The notes below the pieces were generated by a model. The model did not search any database. It was not told where the DNA came from and saw only the letters and a list, made by a program, of their open reading frames with translations. A stretch of DNA of 64,000 bases from Rhizophagus irregularis (lineage: Eukaryota): positions 3,534,001 to 3,598,000 of the forward strand of contig NC_089432.1 in assembly GCF_026210795.1 (NCBI RefSeq), written 5' to 3'. The position numbers and the translations under genes are program-made. This document shows positions 26,214 through 37,848 of the stretch, piece after piece (position 1 is the first letter of the stretch; the number at the start of each line of letters is the position of its first letter).

Positions 26214-27712
26214 AACAAGGCTGCCCTTACACCCTGTGTGCCCTGCCCGGGAGATCATGAGTCTCCAGAACATAACGGGCATCCACAGCACTGTTAGCGT
26301 CAGTCTCAAGCCTCCAGTCTCCTTCAGGAATGTCCTTGACTTCTCTGCCTCGTGTAATGGCGCGCAGGTTGTCCGACGCCTGTCAGGCTGGTTGCAGTTG
26401 CGAGGTTGTCGACCAAATTTGATGCAGGATAAGTATAGTTTTGATTAGTTTATTTTGCTCAATTTTTTGAAAGAGCAGGACCTCAATTGATGGTGATTTT
26501 AATATTCTTTGCAAACAAATAGCTCTTTCATTCAATGATAATACGTTCAGCTTGGCCTCAACTCCGATGACAAAAGAGTTTTCACACTCTGCATGGAAGA
26601 AATTACTTTTCCTTGTAACAAGGCTGGCCTTACACCTGTGCGCCCTGCCCGGGAGATCATGAGTCTCCAGAACATAACGGGCATCCACAGCACTGTTAGC
26701 GTCAGTCTCAAGCCTCCAGTCTCCTTCAGGAATGTTCTTGACTTCTCTGTCTCGTGTAATGGCGCGCAGGTTGTCCGACGCCTGTCAGACTGGTTGCAGT
26801 TGCGAGGTTGTCGACCAAATTTGATGCAGGATAAGTATAGATAGTTTATTTTGCTCGATTTTTTTTAAAAGGACCTTAATTGATGGTGATTTTAATATTC
26901 TTTGCAAACAAATAGCTCTTTCATATGTTCGGCTTGGCCTCAACTACACAATAGAGTTTTCACACGCTGCATGGAAGAAATTACTTTTCCTTGTAACAAG
27001 GCTGGCCTTACACCTGTGCGCCCTGCCCGGGAGAACGTGAGTCTCCAGAACATAACGGGCATCCACAGCACTGTTAGCGTCAGTCTCAAGCTTCCAGTCT
27101 CCTTCAGGCATGTTCTTGACTTCTCTGCCTCGTGTAATGGCGCGCAGGTTGTCCGACTCCTGTCAGACTGGTTGCAGTTGCGAGGTTGTCGACTAAATTT
27201 AATGCAGGATAAGTATAGATAGTTTTGATTAGTTTATTTTGCTCGATTTTTTGAAAAGGATCTTAATTGATGGTGATTTTAATATTCTTTGCAAACAAAT
27301 AGCTCTTTCATATGTTCGGCTTGGCCTCAACTACACAATAGAGTTTTCACACGCTGCATGGAAGAAATTACTTTTCCTTGTAACAAGGCTGACCTTACAC
27401 CTGTGCGCCCTGCCCGGGAGATCATGAGTCTCCAGAACATAACGGGCATCCACAGCACTGTTAGCGTCAGTCTCAAGCCTCCAGTCTCCTTCAGGAATGT
27501 TTTTGACTTCTCTGCCTCGTGTAATGGCGCGCAGGTTGTCCAACGCCTGTCAGGCTGGTTGCAGTTACAAGGTTGTCTGTCATTTCAGATGCGAAAAAGG
27601 ACCAATTTTGATGTAGGATAAGTATAGTTTTGATTAGTTTATTTTGCTCAATTTTTTGAAAGAGTAGGACCTTAATCTCGATGAGGATGATTTTAATATT
27701 TTTTGCAAACAA
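26214..27712 (-). repeat. Tandem quadruplication of a ~380-400-bp GC-richer coding-like segment
   Basis: CCTTACACC(C)TGTG(C/T)GCCCTGCCCGGGAG recurs near 26225, 26628, 27006 and 27393. Copies are highly similar; the first is partial. Confidence 0.92.
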
Positions 27713-28440
27713 AGGTTACAGGTTCCTTTCTTGAGTTAGCCGAAGAGAAGCTGACATTCTGAAACGGTAATTACGAAGGGAGTAAGGTTAGAATTTTCGA
27801 ATTTTTTTATTTTATACAAGAATGTTGCTAGTATGATCTTTCTTTTTTTTTTTATAGGAAGTAGGAACAGACTTTTCCGGTGCCAATTCCCGGAGGTAAT
27901 TTCAAGCGAGAAGGTGATTTTTTTTCTATATTTTGATGTAAGAACATTACTAACGATCTTTGTTTCCTGTTTTGTAGGTACATCTCTTTCATCAATAGCA
28001 ACAACAAATGACTTTCTAAAGCATTAATCATTTGTCCTAAATAAGGAGTGAGTACGGCTATTTCATCAGGTTAGTATATCCAATTCTAACAAATACCATC
28101 TCAACAACCATTTTAATTTCATATCTATTTACATGAAGATTCATACAGAAAACGGTATTGGACAGCAACATTTGTTTCCAAGTCATTTTTGAGTGAAATA
28201 TGGTTATGGTAAACGTATTTTTGTTTAATTTTTGTAAAACTTAATGGTGAAACTGGGAAGGGTTAAAAGTGGGGTTAATTAACGAAATAATGAAGTTGAT
28301 AAGAAATTGAGTTAAATGTAATAATAATTAGCATGTAATTGTAGTTTAAAATTATTTATTAAATTTATTCGAAAGTTACATTTTTTTGAAAAAGTGAATA
28401 AGTATGATTCTTTATTATTTATTGTTCTAAATTTTATCTC

Positions 28441-29950
28441 TTAGGTAGTACCCAATACACTATCAAGAGTGGTTTCAATATCAAACGTATTTGAACCATG
28501 ATTAATAGTAATGGGATGAGGTTCAATAACGACACTTACATTTACATTAAGTAATCTATTCAATTCGGAATCATCTATGTTGACCCATCTTTCAATTTCT
28601 ATACTTCTAGTATCTAAGGAATTACTATTATCATTATTCTCATTATCGTCGTCATCACTATCGGAAAAATCATCATCACTAATCACCCTTTACTTTAGCA
28701 TTAGATAAAGCTTTTGTACAGGTGACTGAAAAGAATCTTCTGATAATCCCGTACAAGCATATTTTATGTATAAAGCTTAGCTATAGCTTCCAATTTTTCA
28801 ACTTTTAATCTGTTTGTATATAAAATATTAAAAAAAAAAAACGTAATAATTGAATCTCAATTAGATAAAATGATATTTAAAAACTTACTTAGTTCGTCTT
28901 TTATTGGTAAACCATTCCAATATAGAGAAGACTCTTTCGCATCCTGCGTTATGAGGCGTGATAGATAGAATTTTCAGTGCTAATTTTTGTATATGATTTT
29001 CCTCTTCAGGGACAGGATTGCACATTCGCCATCAGGTAATAACATCTTCATTATTGCTAAAATTCAATATCTCTAAGTAAAAAGAACGAATTTAAGAAAT
29101 CAATTTAGCAGCAGAAGTTTCACCACCGCCAAAATTTTCATGGCCAAAAGATAAATGTCGCTGAAAACAGTAGGAAGTAAACCTTTTCCTAAAATTATTA
29201 TAAAATTATAAAAAAAAATTATTATTTAATTAAAAAAAAATAATAATAAATATTTACCTCTATAATTCGGATGGAGTAAATATGCTAAAAGATGTCAAAT
29301 TCTTGCCAATGTTTATTAAAAAGTTTTTAAAATGCATTATGTTTAAAATCATAATCAGAAACAGGTGGTAATGATTTGATTTTCTGTGAAAGTTTAATTA
29401 ATTCAACAAAACAGTCAGAAAGTGATGTTGTTTTGATTTAACATCGGATTTTACTGGTCCACATCAATAAAAAATGATCGACTTTGAATAAGTTTTTGTT
29501 AACTTTTCTGGTATTTCGTCTAATATCTAAATTATAAAAAAAGTGAGTATCATATAATGGCGTTACATAAATAATTAAAGATATTTTCTTGCTTTTATAG
29601 TAATTTTTGCGAAATGCTATTGGTGCAAAGTGCAGTGTGTGAAGTCAAGAATTTTATTTGCGAAAAAAATGGGGCTTATGAGAAATTCAGTTGTCGTACA
29701 GGAGTACATGCATGTGGCTCGAGCTGATGATCGATCAGTCGCAAAGCTATCATATATGTTGATTTTTTAGCCATCGTCATTCAGATTATCTGATTCAAAT
29801 CTGTGGACCCGGTATTAGACACGCCAAGAAATCAAACAAACTAACTTTGTTATTACTTTGCGGAATATACTCGTTTGATTGATTGTTGATATTAGTTGAT
29901 GTAATAGTGGTAAGTTTGAATATTTCTTTTGATTCTTTTTGCTTTACTTG
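28441..29950 (-). pseudogene. Decayed hAT transposase (C-terminal dimerisation domain recognisable)
   Basis: WRMCNP..HIQKLALKILSITPHNAGCERVFSILEWFTNKRRT, intron, RLKVEKLEAIAK; upstream AYLLHPNYR-like and TTSLSDCFVELIKL segments; many lesions. Confidence 0.75.
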
Positions 29951-31009
29951 CACAAGGCGGATACTAAATAAGGTCTCACCTTTTTATATGATTTCATTAT
30001 TGTCATCAATTTTTCTGTCTCTTTAAAAATATAGTTTGTACTTTGTAGCTCTTTCTAGTGAGCAAATTAAGAAAAACAACGCCTTATCTGCGGGTCAATA
30101 CGACTGAAAAATGTTACAAATGCTTTCTCGATAAAAAAAAAATCAATATCTACAGTATTATAGTGGGTTAGCTTACAATTCATTTTTTTGTGAATTGTAA
30201 AAATAGTATGTATAATTTAACTGTAGAGAAAGACCATATCAGATTTGTATTAGGTCAAACAATAATTGAAATAATCGCAATTTGCAAAGAATTTTTATTT
30301 AAAAAAAAGCAATTACAATTATATTTTGTATAATATGAAGGAAAAAATATTTGAAAAAAAAACTAATTAGATTTCTTTAATTAAAAATAAATTCCAATCT
30401 TTCAGACTGAAAGTTCCAAGTAGTTCATTGATTCTGATGGTATGTGCTACATCTTCCTGGTTGGTGTTAATCTGTTAGAAAAAACAGAGAAATTATACTA
30501 ATGATAATAAAATATTTAAATGATGAAAATGAAATTTCTCATATCAAATCTTATGCTTTGCTAAATTAAAAATATTTTTATATATAAAATTAACATTATT
30601 AAATTTAATTTCTATATATTTGCATTAACAAATTCATTATTGTAACATTAAAATTTTTAACTCATTGTTATTATTATAAAAAAATCCAATTTTTTATTAT
30701 ATAACTTGTGTTAACAGCACACCCAATGTCATGTGCTATTTATACTTTTCTTAACTAGGCCATCCGACAATCAAGATTAAGTTCCCGTATATTTGAAGGT
30801 CCCTAAAATATATCGGTACATACAGTATTTGCTACTTCAAAGTTAAATTACATAATTTCGTAAAGAATGAGAGACATGCATAATTTCTCGTTTAATTACA
30901 CACAAACTCCGGGAATGTATATTTCGGAATCCTTTAACTTCTTTTTCAGTCGTAAAATTTATTTTAATAACTGATAATGTTGTTGCTAGATATTATTGTT
31001 GATTTGATG

Positions 31010-31140
31010 AATTGCCGTTACTTTTACTTTGTTTCCCTATTATTTTCTATTATTTCATATTCTTTGTAATAATTGCTTTCAATCGAGAAACTACCTGGTG
31101 TATAATTGGATGATTATCTGGTTCACTATTTCAACATTCT
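31010..31140 (-). pseudogene. Orphan duplicate of a kinase C-terminal exon
   Basis: tag|EC*NSEPDNHPIIHQVVSRLKAIITK, a paralog of ECWNSEPDNRPTINDVVARLKKII at ~32400. Confidence 0.55.
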
Positions 31141-31261
31141 AAAAAATATTAATTTATTTCAATGTTAAAATGATACATTGACTATAGATTTAATTTTTTT
31201 TTCATTGATATTATGAAAATTAATAATTTATTAATAAATAATATGCACGAACCAAAATAAA

Positions 31262-34200
31262 TTACATGATTTTACAGTCATCACACCTAACTTTTGAGAG
31301 TTGATATAATTTATTATGAGCATCTTCATGTCCTTGGTCAGCAGATTTTCTATACCAATAAGTTGCTTTATCAAAATCTTTTGTGGTTCCGTATCCATTT
31401 TTATACATAAAAGCAAGATTATATTGAGCTTGACTATCCCCTAATTCTGCTGCTTTGTGGTATAGTTCGAATGCTCTACACTTATCAATTTTGGTTCCAA
31501 TTCCACATTCATAACAACGTCCTAATATAACAATTCCACCCAAATATTCTTCAGATGATCTTTTAAATAATTTGAAAGCTTTAACATGATCTTTATTAAC
31601 ACCATCTCCATTTAAATATAAAAGGCCAAGATTGTATATCGCTAATATATTTCCGTTATCTGCAGCTTTTTGATACCAATGAGCAGCCAATTTTAAATCT
31701 TTTATAATACCTACTCCCATACAATAACAATAACCTACATTTGATTGTCCCGCTGCATAATCTTTATTTGCTACTTCGTCAAAATAACCAAAAGCTAATT
31801 TTTCATTTTTTGTAATTCCATACCCGTTGTGGTAACATATTCCAACGTAATAATTTGCTAATACATATGATTTTGATTGTCCTGATTCGCTATTATTTGA
31901 TTTATTAGATGCATATTTAAATAATTTAAATGCCTTTTCATAATTCTTACTTGTCTCGACTCCCATATAATAAAAATATCCAAGCAAAACCATGGAATCT
32001 ACGTCATTCTGATTATCTAGTAATTGTTTGTAAATTTTCAGTGTATCAATTTCATTTTTATTAAAATAATCAATAATGTTCTGCTTTATTGAGGTTAGTT
32101 CCTTTTTTTCTGTTATTGTAAAAACAAAATCTAATATCTCTTTAATTATTATATTCGGATCCTCTTCTTCGAGTAAAACACTTGTCTTTTTATTGGATGA
32201 TTTTAAAGCTCCTGTAGTTATTTCATCAAAAATTTGAGATAATTCACCTCCAACTAATGAATTGTTAATACTTATATGAGTACTTGAACTAAATGTTGGC
32301 TCATAAATAATTTTTGCATTCTCTGACGTATTAATAATTTTTTTCAATCTTGCGACTACGTCATTAATAGTTGGGCGGTTATCTGGTTCACTATTCCAAC
32401 ATTCTAAATAAAAAAAAGTAACTATTAGATAGAATGTCGTTGATAACGGGTTGACCACTAGTATAAATCATTAAAATTATATTTACCAACATAAAGCTCA
32501 ACATAATTACCAGGTGTACCTGGAACAATGGTTTCTCTGAGACCCTGTGCAATTCGTGCGGCTAAATTATATTGTTCATTTTCGAAAGGTGGTCTACCAC
32601 TTGTTATCTCCCAGAAAAGCACACCAATACTATAAACGTCACTTTTTTTATTTAACGAATATGGTTGCTGTCCGGCGAATCCTTTTGGATCAATATAAGG
32701 AATAACGCCAAATAATTTTGATTGAGAGTTGGATATTTCTTTAATTCTTTTTGATAATCCAAAATCAGATACCTTAATAGCATTCTGATGAATTAACACG
32801 TTTCCAGAATGCTATGAGATGATATAAATTATATAAGTTATTTGACACAAATAAATCTTTCGAATTATTAAATTATAATGAATTACCAAGTCGCGATGTA
32901 TAATTCCTTCATTATGTAGACATAATATTGCACAAGCCAATTGATATGCCAAGTTATATTTGTCATTCCAAGTAAGATTAATGAAGTTTTTTTTCAAATA
33001 GTTTTGTAGGGACCCGCTATCAGCATATTCAATTACCAATAAGTACTTCATTATATCATTTGTATTTTCTAAACATTTTTTTTTAAAAAAAAGTTATTTA
33101 GTGTTGTATTTACGGGCAACTGCAATTGTTTAAACATAAACGTCGAGGACATCCAGAATTGAGATGTAATTTTTGAATGAAATTTAAAATATTATATTCT
33201 TTATAATACCTGATTCAAATTTTGTTATTCCATGACAACGAATAATATTATCATGAAAATCAATTTCACGTTGAATTTTTAACTGAATAAATTTAAGTTT
33301 TGAAATTAATAAAATTATGGAGATAAAAAAAATATATATTATAATATTAAATTACCTCACGAACAATTTCTTTCATGATGACATTATTAAGAATAAAAAA
33401 AGATTTCAATGCAAATTTTTTCTCTGAATTTTCCCAATTTGCACGATACACTTTTCCAAAATTTCCGGTACCAATTTCTTGAAAGTTACTAAATTTTTTG
33501 TATTCGTAATATTTAAGTTGATTTTTATTAATAGCTTCTTCAATCAAATCAATCCATTCATTTGAATTATCTTCGATGTTAATATTTTTACTATTAGACA
33601 TAGTTGTAGCTCCATTGTTGTTATTAACTTGTTCATTTATTAATAAAGTAGATTCTATTTCTTTCACATTTGTATAATCAAAATTTTCTTCTGTTAACAT
33701 ATAACCAACTAAGCCTACATGATATTCTTCTTCATTATTAATTTTTAGACTTGTATTATCTGAAAATAAGATGTATACATGAATATTTATTTCAACATTC
33801 GCTGTATTTTCTTCTTCATTGTCTGACTCATCGATTATACTTAACTTTAGATTATTAAAATTTGAATTATTATAAGTGGATTCAATTATTTGAAAACTGG
33901 TATGATTTTTTGACCATTTAGCTAACTTCATATTTATAGGATAAGCATTTATTAAAATAGTATATCCTTGAGATAATGGAAAATCGTTTATTTCAATTTG
34001 ATAGTACGATTTGTCTGGTTGAATTGACATTTCTTTTTTAATATAAACTACTTCAGCTTCTCTATTCAATGGACTAAAGACTAATAATTTTGAAGGATTT
34101 CCAATAATCATCCATAGAATATAACATTCTGAAATATTAATAACTGGGGTTCTTAAAGTTTTTATCGTTGCGGTAAATCCATTAAAATCATATAAATTGA

Positions 34201-37169
34201 AATCCACCAAAAATTCTTCCAATTTTGAATTATTTTTCGAAATAATAGATCCAAAAACTTCATAATTTTCGTCTTCCAGTGATGTTTGTATATTTATACG
34301 TTTATAATGCTCGGTATTGTTATTATTCAAATCTTTTAAATCCGTAATTCCGCTCATTATAATTTTATAATTATCTTTCTTATTCAATACAATATCAATT
34401 TTTCTCTTTTGTTCTTCTTCAAGAATTTCATACAAAGAAGTAATTTCGTCATACTCTATAACTTCTAAGTTATTCTCTATTTCTTGAACCCAATTAGATA
34501 AATCATTTTTTTCAATAACACCTCCTTTTTGTGTCAAAAAATATGAAATGTCTAATTTATCTAAATGAGATTCAACTATTGATGGTTCTAGCTCTAATTT
34601 ATCGCAAGAATTTGAAGAAATTGGTAAATTAACCTTTAGAGACTTCCCCAAAATAATTTTTTGTGGAAATAAATTCCCATATTCATTAAATGCACTTTGT
34701 AAAGACATAAGTGGATTCATACTTTTAAGTGCTTTTTCTATAGCTCGTTCAAATCTTTCTGAAGGTTTAATGCTAGTCAATATAATTTCATATTTTTCAC
34801 ATTTAACTAGGAAATGTGTACAACATCCATAATTTAGATCATCAGGCTTAACAACTCTCTTAATAAATGGAAAAGAGCTGAGATCTTTGATCGAGAAAAT
34901 ATTATTAGAAACTAAAAAACTTTCTAATTTTGTTGACGGCTTTATTATTGTTAAATAAGATTTATCACTTGAAGCTACACGACTAACACGAGGAATATCA
35001 ATGAATTTAATGGGAATTTTCTTACTAATCTCTAATTCAAAGTGTTTACTAACTACTAAACCATAAAGAAGACGAAAATCTTTAACCCATCTTGTTAGAT
35101 TAACATATACTGAATCTTTAACCCAATCTTCTAAACTCAATTTTTTCTTGAAATTAGCTATTCCAGGTTGCCTTTCATCAACAATTTGAAAAGTATTTGT
35201 GTTGACTTTCAATTGAGAAATAGGAATAAGATCATTGTAAGAAATTATATCAACCATATTATTTTGATATAAATTATTCATCCAATCTCTTAAGTCTTCA
35301 GGTGTATTTAACTGTTTATCATCTGATGTTCTTATATTTGGAAAGGAATCCAATGATAAAGTAGATGAATCATTAAATTGACTCTCTTTATCATATTTAG
35401 CTGAATTATATGCCCAAGTTAAATGAACTTTGTAAAGGTCAATGTGTATCAATTTAAAATTATCAATAAATAGTTTACCGCCAACCAAAATTTTCCTTGG
35501 AAATAGATGCCCGTACATTTCATGTAATCTTTCATCATTATCCATAAATTTTGAAAAGGATTCTGATAAATCAGATTTATAAGTAACTTCAGCTATTGGA
35601 AAATTGATACATATATCTGATTGTCGTAAGGCTTTTCTATAGTTAATAATATTATTATTTTCAGGAAAAGCCAACAAATTTGTATGAGAACTGTGATCAT
35701 TTATAAGAGTATATACTGAAGGCTGTCCTTCATATAAACTTATATTCACTTCACCATCTTCCGAATATATGGCTTGTCTACTCGGTTTTATGTTATACCC
35801 ATTCAAGAATAAACCATGATTCAAATTAAAGTGTCGAATCATTTGATGCTTAAACGATATTTGTTCAGAAGTAGTAGACGACGAATTATTAACTGACTCC
35901 GAAGCAAGCGGTGATTTTTCTAAAAGGTTTCTCAAGAATAAGTCTTTTTTAAATATTTATAAGTTATGTAAATTTTAAACTTACCCTTAGATTTTTCATT
36001 ACTCTTGTCGTTTTGAGACAATTCTCCTTTTAATCTAGTAATTACTTGATTGATAGTTGGGCGATTTTCTGGTTCTTTATCCCAACACTCTAAATAAATA
36101 AATAAAAAATGAATATTGGGTATTTAAAAAATATTAAAAACAAAATGAATGATAATTAATATTCACCAGTATAAATTTTCATATAATTTTCAGGTGTATC
36201 AGGAAAAATTGTTTCTCTAAGGTTATCTGAAATTCGTACAATTAAACTATAAGGTGATATTCCTTTAAACGGTGGCTGACCACTTGATATCTCCCACATA
36301 AGTACACCTATACTATAAATATCGCTCTTTTTATTTAAAGAATATGGTTTAAAACCGAATTTTTTAGGATCCACATATGGGACTAAAGCAAGATCGAATG
36401 TTTCATAAATCCTTTTTGATAATCCAAAATCCGCCAACTTAATCGTGTTTCGATGGACTAATATATTGAGAGAATGCTATAAAAAATGTAATATAATAAA
36501 AAATATAATAAAAAATAAGTAGATGCAAAAATATGATATAATATTGATAATAAATTACCAAGTCACCATGTACAATTTCTTCATCATGTAAACATGATAC
36601 GACACAAGCCAACTGGTATGCCAGGTTATATTTATTATCCCAAGTAAGATTATCAAAGTTTTGTTTCAAATATTCTCGAAGAGAACCCCCATCGGCATAC
36701 TCCATTACCAAAAGATAATTTTTCAATTGATCTTCTAGCAAATAAAAGAAAAAATCAGATTATTAAATTTTATACAAATAACATATTATTCTAACATACT
36801 CGTTGTAATTCCATAGAATTGAATAATGTTATCATGAGAACCTATATCTCGTTTAAGTTTAAACTAAATTACGAATATAATTTGAATGAAATAAATATAA
36901 AGTTTGTATAATATAAACACTAGAATGCGCATATTATATTTCATAATTACCTCATGAACAATTTCTTTTACAATAACATTATCGAATCTATAAAAAGATT
37001 TTAATGCTAAATAACTATGAAAATTTTTCCACTCTGCACGATACATTTTACCAGAACTTCCGGAACCAATCTCTTGAATATTACTAAAATGTTTGTATTC
37101 ATAATGTTTAAAATATTCATTATCGATAGCTTCTTCAATTCGTTTAATACATTCGTTTGAATCTTGCAT
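31262..37169 (-). CDS. Multi-exon protein: TKL kinase 1 - two MACPF-like domains plus C-terminal beta domain - TKL kinase 2 - Sel1-like repeats; approximate exons 37169-36951, 36863-36800, 36735-36559, 36476-36167, 36089-35985, 35919-33355, 33282-33210, 33068-32887, 32811-32487, 32403-31262
   Basis: Two sets of kinase motifs (GSGSSGKMY/ALK/HGDLHSLN/DFG and GTGNFGKVY/ALK/HRDLHSGN/DFG) with introns at matching positions. The exon ending AAGG|gtaagt at 35985 splices in frame to the 862-aa ORF. Sel1 repeats: AAHWYQKAADNG, AFELYHKAAELG, AQYNLAFMYKNG. Confidence 0.8.
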
Positions 37170-37257
37170 TTCGACATTTAGCAGACCTTTTCCGATTTCG
37201 CAAAATAATATCGCAATCTCGTGATAAATTGTAATGCAACACGAGATACCAAATAAA

Positions 37258-37670
37258 GAGGTCGTCTAAAGCGGGGGCAAATCACGTGATTCGGTGTAAT
37301 TTTAATTAGATTAATTTTTTATAAAGAAAGATTAATAGAAACTTTAAAATCATAGTATAAGCGTATTTTTATCTGCTTTGCAAGTTTACTTAAGGATAAA
37401 AAGTGGATTATGAATATTGTTTTTGACTTTACATATGAATGAACGAAACTTTGCCGATCATATCCAAAAATGGATAACGAAATTGAAAAAGTCAAATAAA
37501 TCAAAAACAGCATTCAAAACCCTACTCTGCGCTCTAAGTAAACTTGCAGAGCAGGCAAAAATGCATTTAGGATGTGTGTTTAGAATGGTTGAATATATGG
37601 TAAAAAGTTTTATTTTATGAAAACAATTTTTTTCGAAGTCACGTGATTTGCCCCTGCTTTAGACGACCTC
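37258..37670. mobile_element. 413-bp MITE (MULE-like long TIR) just upstream of the kinase start codon
   Basis: TIR GAGGTCGTCTAAAGCGGGGGCAAATCACGTGA...TCACGTGATTTGCCCCTGCTTTAGACGACCTC; perfect 8-bp TSD CAAATAAA. Confidence 0.9.
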
Positions 37671-37848
37671 CAAATAAAGTAAGTAAAAAAATAGTAGTAC
37701 TGAAATTTAATAACAATTTTTTATGATAAAACTCAATAATATTTTAATAATATAAAATACATGATATACGGTAAATTAAAATATAAATGATATAGATAAT
37801 ATAAATAATATAAATAATTTATATTTTTTGTAATTCTTAGCTATTTCC

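Noticed and set aside
26236..27621. Plus-strand ORFs in the tandem repeat
   Set aside because: No recognisable motifs and alternative start codons; the minus-strand reading looks more protein-like.
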